The notes beneath the pieces are model-generated. The model ran no database searches, had not been told where the DNA came from, and saw only the letters and a list, made by a program, of their open reading frames with translations. Source: Collodictyon triciliatum (Eukaryota). From it: DNA of 43,047 bases. This document shows, one piece after another, positions 36,136-43,047 of this stretch. Both the position numbers and the translations under genes were made by a program. The stretch lies in the NCBI GenBank assembly GCA_043381765.1, contig JBHJMP010000852.1, positions 1-43,047 of the forward strand. Reading direction: 5' to 3'. The stretch's first letter is position 1. Each line of letters starts with the position of its first letter.

Positions 36136-37062
36136 ATGCACCGCCCCACGCACGAGCAAACGCTGCCGCCCATCTCCGCCCTGACGATCGCCCTGACTGC
36201 CGCCCGGTCGCCGTCCCTGCCCCTGCCCCTCGCGTCCACGCTGCTCCCGACACCGCCCCCCGCCTCCTCAAAGGATGCCGCACTCTCCTCTGACTCCTCT
36301 GACTCCTCAGACGCGGAGACCGAACCCCACCACCACCCTGCCGAGGCCGCGGAGGCAACACCGCTCGGCAGCCGCTTCATGGCTCTCGACCTGCTTGCCG
36401 CCTGCGTGGCTCATCACGCCCGCAACGACGACGCTGCCACACACACCGCCCCGCCGCTCATCTGGGAGCCGCCCGCCCACCCACAACCACAGCCACATTC
36501 GCAACCACAGCCACAGCCACATTCGCAGCCACAACCACAGCCACAATCGCAACCACAGCCACAGCCACAGGGCAGACGCCTCCCTGCACTGTCGGCCCGG
36601 TCTGTGCGGCGATTCGAGGCGGTGTATCGGCTGCAGCCGAGCGGGGAGGGGCGGACACCCGGGGCGCTGCGGACAGCGGGGATTGTCTTTGTGGACGAGA
36701 CGCCGCGAGAATGCGACAGCAACAGCAACAGCAACAGCGATGCCAATGCCGATGGAGAGAATGACAAGCCAAAGCCAAAGCAAAAGGAGAAGGAGAAGGA
36801 GAAGGAGAAGGAGAAGGAGAAAGGCAAAGGCAAAGGCAAAGATGGGCCCGTCTTCCCGCTCACGCCCGTCCTCGGCAAACGCAAGATCAACGCGTTTCTG
36901 GCGTACACCACCGTCCACCGCAGACACCTGCGCCTGCGCGACCCGTTCATGCACGAGACGGAGCTGCTGCGCCTGGTCTCGCGCCAGTGGAGGGCCATCC
37001 CGCCCCACGAGCGCACATACTACGAGGATCTTGCCCGCTCCATGAACAGCGACCGCCTCTGA
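36136..37062 (+). CDS. Intronless HMG-box transcription factor (C-terminal SOX/MATA-like HMG box)
   Basis: 308-aa ORF ending KRKINAFLAYTTVHRRHLRLRDPFMHETELLRLVSRQWRAIPPHERTYYEDLA; PQ, NS and KE repeats. Confidence 0.85.
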   Translation: MHRPTHEQTLPPISALTIALTAARSPSLPLPLASTLLPTPPPASSKDAALSSDSSDSSDAETEPHHHPAEAAEATPLGSRFMALDLLAACVAHHARNDDAATHTAPPLIWEPPAHPQPQPHSQPQPQPHSQPQPQPQSQPQPQPQGRRLPALSARSVRRFEAVYRLQPSGEGRTPGALRTAGIVFVDETPRECDSNSNSNSDANADGENDKPKPKQKEKEKEKEKEKEKGKGKGKDGPVFPLTPVLGKRKINAFLAYTTVHRRHLRLRDPFMHETELLRLVSRQWRAIPPHERTYYEDLARSMNSDRL

Positions 37063-37267
37063 CGCAGACACCATCCCATATTTGTCCCGCTCGGGCATGC
37101 CATATATGTCATCCGCCGCCAAAGCCCGCTCCTCCGACTCTTCTCTTTGTTTCATGAGAGCCACTCTCGTGCAGCCTCTCTCTCTATACCCCACCGTGGA
37201 TATACTTACTTCCACCCATCCATCTATACATATTCACACACGAAATCGTCGGTTTGTCAAACATGTT

Positions 37268-37614
37268 TTATGATGTGGCGGGTGCTCTGTGAGGGTCATC
37301 GTAGGGAACTGTCTTTTGCGGTTGCTGTCGCTGATGGTGGTGGTGTTGATTCAGGCCGAACGGCAAGGCTGCTTGCATCGCGAGTCCGTGGGATTGTCGC
37401 AGCAGAGCAGGTTCGCTTTCGCCATCGCCCTCGGTCTCTGCAGATGCTTGTGCCTTGTCGTCTTCTCCGTCATCGCTGTAGTCGCTATCGCTTTCGTCCT
37501 CGGAGCTCTGCGACGAGATGGAGAGGAGAGGAGAGGAAAGGAAAGGAAAGGCTGTGATTATGGTACATCATGGTAGACGATGGGAATGGAACGCCAGAAT
37601 AATATATATATGTT

Positions 37615-37675
<61 letters not shown>

Positions 37676-40600
37676 TTTCAGCAAGTGCGCAGAGCAGTGG
37701 ACTCTGGTTGCTGTCATTTTCTTTTGTCTGTCTCTTCCGAGGGCATATGTCAATTGAGAGCGGAGCTTGATTGTAGAATGGATGACTACATCAGAGAGTC
37801 GCGTCTCTGGTGGGATGTATGGGGTTAGGTCTCTGGGCAGGGCCACACCAATCTCCTGAAGGTAGTTGTCGATGGCCCAAAGCTTCTTCTTTAGCCGTGT
37901 CACCATCACGACTGGGTTCATTCTCTGCGTTTGTTCAGACCCAAATCCCCCTGATGACCGCGCAGTGTCGCTTTTGTCCCTTTCGAACACATATAATCAC
38001 GTCAGTACATTACCGGAGTGCTGAATTCAGTTAAGTTCAAGATAAGGAATGAAAGAAAAAAAGATCCATAATATTTCTTATCAAGTAGTAATCTTTTACT
38101 ACTCTATTTTTTTTCCATACACCCCTGCATCTTACACTTATTTTTCACACACTCCCCTACTTTAAAGATTAAGATTGGGCTCATGAGACTAAAATATGCA
38201 TAGAGTGAAACCTTTCTATTTCCTTCATACGCGTTGGGGCGAATGCTAAAGGACTAGTACCAGCCCCATTATCATTAAATATTGTTCTTGGTGTGCTGGC
38301 ACTCGTCATGGAAACTAAGTTGCCTCTAAATACATGAAATAAAAAGTTGATAGCAAAGCTATACCAAGACTACAGGCACACTCAGCCCTGATTTTGTATA
38401 ACAAAGATTGCACCTTATGCATTCTTCTTTCTTTCTTGATAGAGAAATCACCTTTCGTACGATTGATAGTCAAAAAACTCAGAGGGACACGGGGTTTGGA
38501 GGAATGGTGCATGCGGAGTCCATCGGAGATAGTAATTCACCCAAAGAGTGATGGCAATCGAATGTGGATTAGGTACAAGAGGAGGAAGTGAAATATTCTG
38601 GGCCACAAAAGGTTGATGCGGAACATATCTTGGGTTTTTGTAAAGAGTTTCCTGTATATAAATTGTCAGTAGGGGCTCTTCATGATTTACTCTCAAATAT
38701 GGATGCGTTACTGGAGTGAGATTGATGCAAATGCATATGAATTTAAGTTGGGGGTTACTTTATTTTGATACAAAAATGTCCACAGGGAATCGGTTTTTGT
38801 TTTTACATCTGCCTTGCTCCGTTCTTTCTCATTATCGTACAAAAATGTACCGAATCTATATTATGTGAATTTTTTTTATTTTACTTTAACAATTAATTGC
38901 GTGTGAGATTCATAATAGTCAGGAAAAAACTCGCAAGACACTATTCAACTGCCATTCTATATTTCTTATGCATTTCTCTTTTAAGATAGTATAACTTTAC
39001 CTGCATGAATGTATATGATCTAGTATATGAACAAGCATTAATTCGTTGAACTCAAATGCGTGTGGGTACTGAACGGAAATTTGCCAAACACAATCGATAA
39101 ATTGAATAAAAATTGGTGACCTCTGTTCATCTTTTCGATTCCTAAGAGTATAGAACTGTTTAGTTTTATAACGAAAAAGCAAAAGAAACAAAGCAAAGCA
39201 TAACAGAAAAGGATAGAAGAGAAAAAGAGAAAAAGAGAAAAAGAGAAAAAGAGAAAAAGAGAAAAAGAGAAAAAGAGAAAAAGAGAAAAAGAGAAAAAGA
39301 GAAAAAGAGAAAAAGAGAAAATAGAAGCATTCATGTACGAATTGATTGCTCTTCGAAGGGCATTTTTTTCAAGAATTTTACTTCAATATACTTTAGGATT
39401 ACCGGCTTCCGTGTCCTATTCTCTGAAAAAATTTATGTCCAAAAGAGCACCATTCTTTTTCAATAAGCCCCATAAAACCGATAACCGTCCGGTAGTACGA
39501 ATCCATGCAGAGCATAGCTAGACTTGTTAATTGAGGTGTTCTGCGGATAGGAGAAATATCTCAATGAAAAGTTAAAAGACAAAAATAAAGGAGAAAAAAA
39601 AACCTATCCCATCCATCGCTGCAGTGCACAATCCCTGTGTTTCCTTCTTCAACTAGCTTGATCATCTTGCTGACAGACGTCAATATGATTCTTATATGCA
39701 GTAGCCATTGGGTTTCATGTACAGATGAGTACCAGTGCTGGCACTTGCTCAATCGTGGCGGCTCACCTACAAAATCATACGATAAAAAGGCGGGACTAGT
39801 GTATGAGTTGCACAAAGCAAATAAAAAACAATAAAATAAACTAAAATAAAAAATTAAATACACAAACCATGGAGAGCATCAGGCTCGTTCATCGAGTTTC
39901 CATAATTGAGACATATCTGTTCAAAAGGTGGGTCTTTTTGAGGAATTGAGTATAATTAATAAATCAAACACATTCCGCCATAGCATACCCTCCTCAGTTT
40001 TCGATATGACTTGCGAACGACATGGATGTTCTCTATGTTCATGAACTCCACGGTCAAATTTGCATAATTACTTTTCAATTCAGAACCCTCTCCTTTAACC
40101 TGATAGCATGTTGTGTATATCCATTAATTCGGAAAAAGGTAGTTGATCATGCTCAGTTACAAGACATAAAAAAACAAACAAGCAAAGAAACAAACAAGCA
40201 AAGAAACAAAGAAACAAAGAAACAAAGAAACAAAGAAACAAAGAAACAAAGAAACAAAGAAACAAAGAAACAAAGAAACAAGCAAAGAAACAAACAAAGA
40301 AACAAGCGAAGAAACAAGCAAAGAAAGAAACAAACAAAGAGAGAAACAGACAAACACACAGACAAGCAGATGAATAACTATTTCTAAGTGCTATGAAAAT
40401 CGATGATTATTCACCTGATTACCCAAGGCGTTTATCCGAGGTCTGCAATCGTAGACATAAATCATTTTTGAAGAGGGATTTGTCTAAAAAAATGCAGGCA
40501 GATTATGAATTTCAGTCAAACATGGGGGTTACAGAAGAATACGAGGTTCTGTATGATCCAGTTCATTGAGAGTCAATTACTTTGTGAATCTCGTTTATCA

Positions 40601-42778
40601 ATAGTTCGTCAGACAGAGACCTATTAGCAGTAATTCCAACGCGTGGTTGACTACAGCGCAGAATAGCAGCCTTTCAAAAAGTAACTGTAAGAATAACTTT
40701 TCCTTCCCCTGACCCTTACCCATCCACTATTATGTAATCTATTGAAATCGATAATTATCCAAATATCAAACCGAACATAATTCTCTTACATCATTCACAG
40801 GATGTTTCCAACACAAAACAGGAATACGCCCTCGACTTCTATACTGCGAAACTAACTCTAGGATGGAGTCATCCACGCTTGATGGTACAACCAAATGGGG
40901 AGGATATGATGAACATATCTGCAAGTATAAAACCAAATGATTAGCAACAGTGCGTCGTTTTCCTTCTAGATAAGCGCTGATTTATAATTCTTTCTACATA
41001 TACATAACTTTTCTATTTATTTTTCTTCAAATACACTTCGAATCGAATAAAGGAAAAAATTCGTCATATACAACACATTTCTCAAATGTGTAAATCAAGT
41101 AATCAAGCGCGCCACTTAATTACCTTATATTCTGAGTTAACATATGAAATCCGCCATCTGTTTGTTGATGGTAGCCGAAAGCGTGAATATTCTGTCCTTA
41201 TATCACCCAGTTCCCACCCATTGAAGCTTCTCGCTTCTTCAAATTGAATAAGGTTTGGTAGTGCCGGAAAAAAAATGCGTCCTGGAAATGATCTATGCAA
41301 ATTGAAGCTTTTAAAAAGACACATCTACATATTGAGTTATCTTATCAGCGAACACATTTAAAGCAAAGATATATTTGATAATATCTCGGTGCAGCATTTG
41401 ATTCATCTATTATCTTGAGAAAAATATTGGAGTGCATTTGTTTAATACACCAGGAGAAATAAGGGGCACTTAACAACGTTTGAAGTTAACTCACAAACTT
41501 TTAATTCTGCTACAAGCCTCTGACCGATTAGACTTTTCCCTTGGGAATAAGAATCGGAGAAAGCGGAAATCCTTACATATGATTTCAAGGCCATACATGG
41601 ATTTCTTGTCATATGACCTCCTCCCTATCTACGATGATAATCGCCTCAGTTAGCAAGTCACTGCTAAACGCAAGCCAAATCCAACCGACCAGGATCCAAA
41701 TATACAGTCTCTTTTATATGTTTTTTTTTTTTAAAAAAAGAGGCACCTTCTTCACTCTCTCAATAGACGCCATAGTAACTGTACAATAATCTATGTCCAC
41801 TTCAAGCATCTAATCCCCCCAAAAGCAGCATATCAAATGACAGTAACCATAATATGAAATGCATACATGGTATTATTCATAAAAAGACTGGCACATTCTA
41901 AAAATATGATAGAAAAGCATTAAAATGGTGGCCATACATCCAGAGGGGTGCTCGATATGAATCCAAGTCTATAGACGGTTACATACAAATAGCCATTCAT
42001 TCTTCCCCCACGAAGAGAATTAATGAATTGGACCGCGTAGTACGCAACAATTTTTTCCTCCTCATACAATCGAACAGACGATGCAATGCTCTCTGAAGGC
42101 TGCATCAGTTGAAAACAATAATGATTATTTCGATATGTGAAAGAAATACACGTTTTATTTTTTTCACAAGACACATGTTTTAAATTCATTCTGGGCAACA
42201 ACATAGATGTCGATATGGACACATAGGAGACAATGAAAGAGCCAAACAGGATTCGAATGTCTGACTCTCGGATAGGCTGAGCCAGAATACCGCTTGCCCG
42301 GCAGATCTGTTAAGAGTTACCCGCGATGTTATTATTTTTCAAAGAAATATATCAACAATCTACAAAGTAAAATAAATATGCAATTAAGTCGAGTAAAAAT
42401 AAAGCAAAAGCAAAAGCAAAAGCAAAAATCAACAAAAAAGTATGCAATATATGATAAATTAAAAAAAAAACAAGCAGAATGAAACCGAATAATAAGGAGA
42501 AATATCGAACGAAGCAAAGGGAAGACCCTTCATGAAAGCATATAAAATAAAATAAACCCGGTGGTGATGCGGCTCCAGGTTCACCCTCCATCAACTTTGT
42601 CAATCCTGCTGCTTTGCCGCTTCTATGTGGCGCGTCCTCCTGATTCTCACAGCAAATCACCTCACCGAAGACCGAGCCACAGGCGCAGCGAAACACAAGC
42701 ACTCAGTCTTCCGGGTTGTGAATGAACCGCTTTTGGTACCTGAGCTTTCCTCCATGTTCGCCTCATCAGCCAATGTCC
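37268..42778 (-). CDS. Myotubularin-family phosphoinositide 3-phosphatase (PH-GRAM + catalytic domain); 5' exons unresolved and possibly beyond the window
   Basis: [77 protein letters not shown], intact active site [48 protein letters not shown]; acidic last exon ends at TAA 37268-37270. Confidence 0.9.
37619..37673. repeat. (TG)n microsatellite, intronic
   Basis: Direct reading. Confidence 0.95.
39217..39321. repeat. (AAAAAGAG)n repeat, intronic
   Basis: Direct reading. Confidence 0.95.
40168..40365. repeat. (AAAGAAAC)n compound repeat, intronic
   Basis: Direct reading. Confidence 0.9.
41035..41059 (+). mobile_element. Older copy of the ultra-short poly(A)-tailed element
   Basis: ACTTCGAATCGAATAAAGGAAAAAA flanked by ttcttcaaataca (41023-41035) and ttcgtcatataca (41060-41072), 11/13 identical. 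Confidence 0.7.
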
Positions 42779-43047
42779 TAATGAGGTATGAAAACACACA
42801 CATCAAATCACGCTGTCGCAAACCGCAATCGAATGATGCTGTTCCATCAATAACAATATGGCTTCATATCCAACCCATTTCAATTTTTACAACTCATATA
42901 ATTTATATTCGTTAAGAAAAAAAAGAGAAAAAAAGACACCGCTTCAAAGAGTCAACGAAGGCTACTTGGTTTCCACATTTTGTGGAGCTTTATCGAATGA
43001 AAATAATTTTGTATGAATCTCTTCTGCACCTTCCTATTTACCGAATC

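Noticed and set aside
36136-37062. HMG gene as a Mucorales-like sex locus
   Set aside because: The neighbours are an amino-acid transporter and myotubularin, not a triose-phosphate transporter and RNA helicase; no other mating-type evidence.

Overview
Eukaryotic nuclear DNA from an intron-rich protist-like genome (taxon not determinable here; standard genetic code, with TAA, TAG and TGA all used as stops), with many microsatellites and one 634-N gap. Manual splicing supports 11 protein genes: an uncharacterised ATP-grasp-like/coiled-coil protein (+), an MFS sugar transporter (-), a UBE3A/E6AP-like AZUL-HECT ligase (+), an ankyrin-Tubby fusion (-), MRT4 (-), an intronless two-repeat Myb (+), the mRNA cap N7 methyltransferase (+), a p1/AMTP1-like subunit of the MTA1/AMT1 6mA DNA methyltransferase complex (+), an SLC38A9-like transporter (-), an intronless HMG-box factor (+) and a myotubularin (-, 5' end unresolved). 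The most notable observations are: (1) an ultra-short (about 20-33 nt) dispersed element, ACTTYGAATCGAATAAAGG-poly(A), found 3-4 times, each copy flanked by its own 13-15 bp direct repeat, the signature of retroposition; (2) a U12-type minor-spliceosome intron in the p1 gene; (3) a shared motif in all three divergent intergenic regions; (4) GC-rich islands around the two intronless transcription factors, with Myb separated from the cap methyltransferase by one in-frame TAG and a 40-codon open spacer. All gene models are hand-spliced and all homology calls come from recalled motifs, not database searches.
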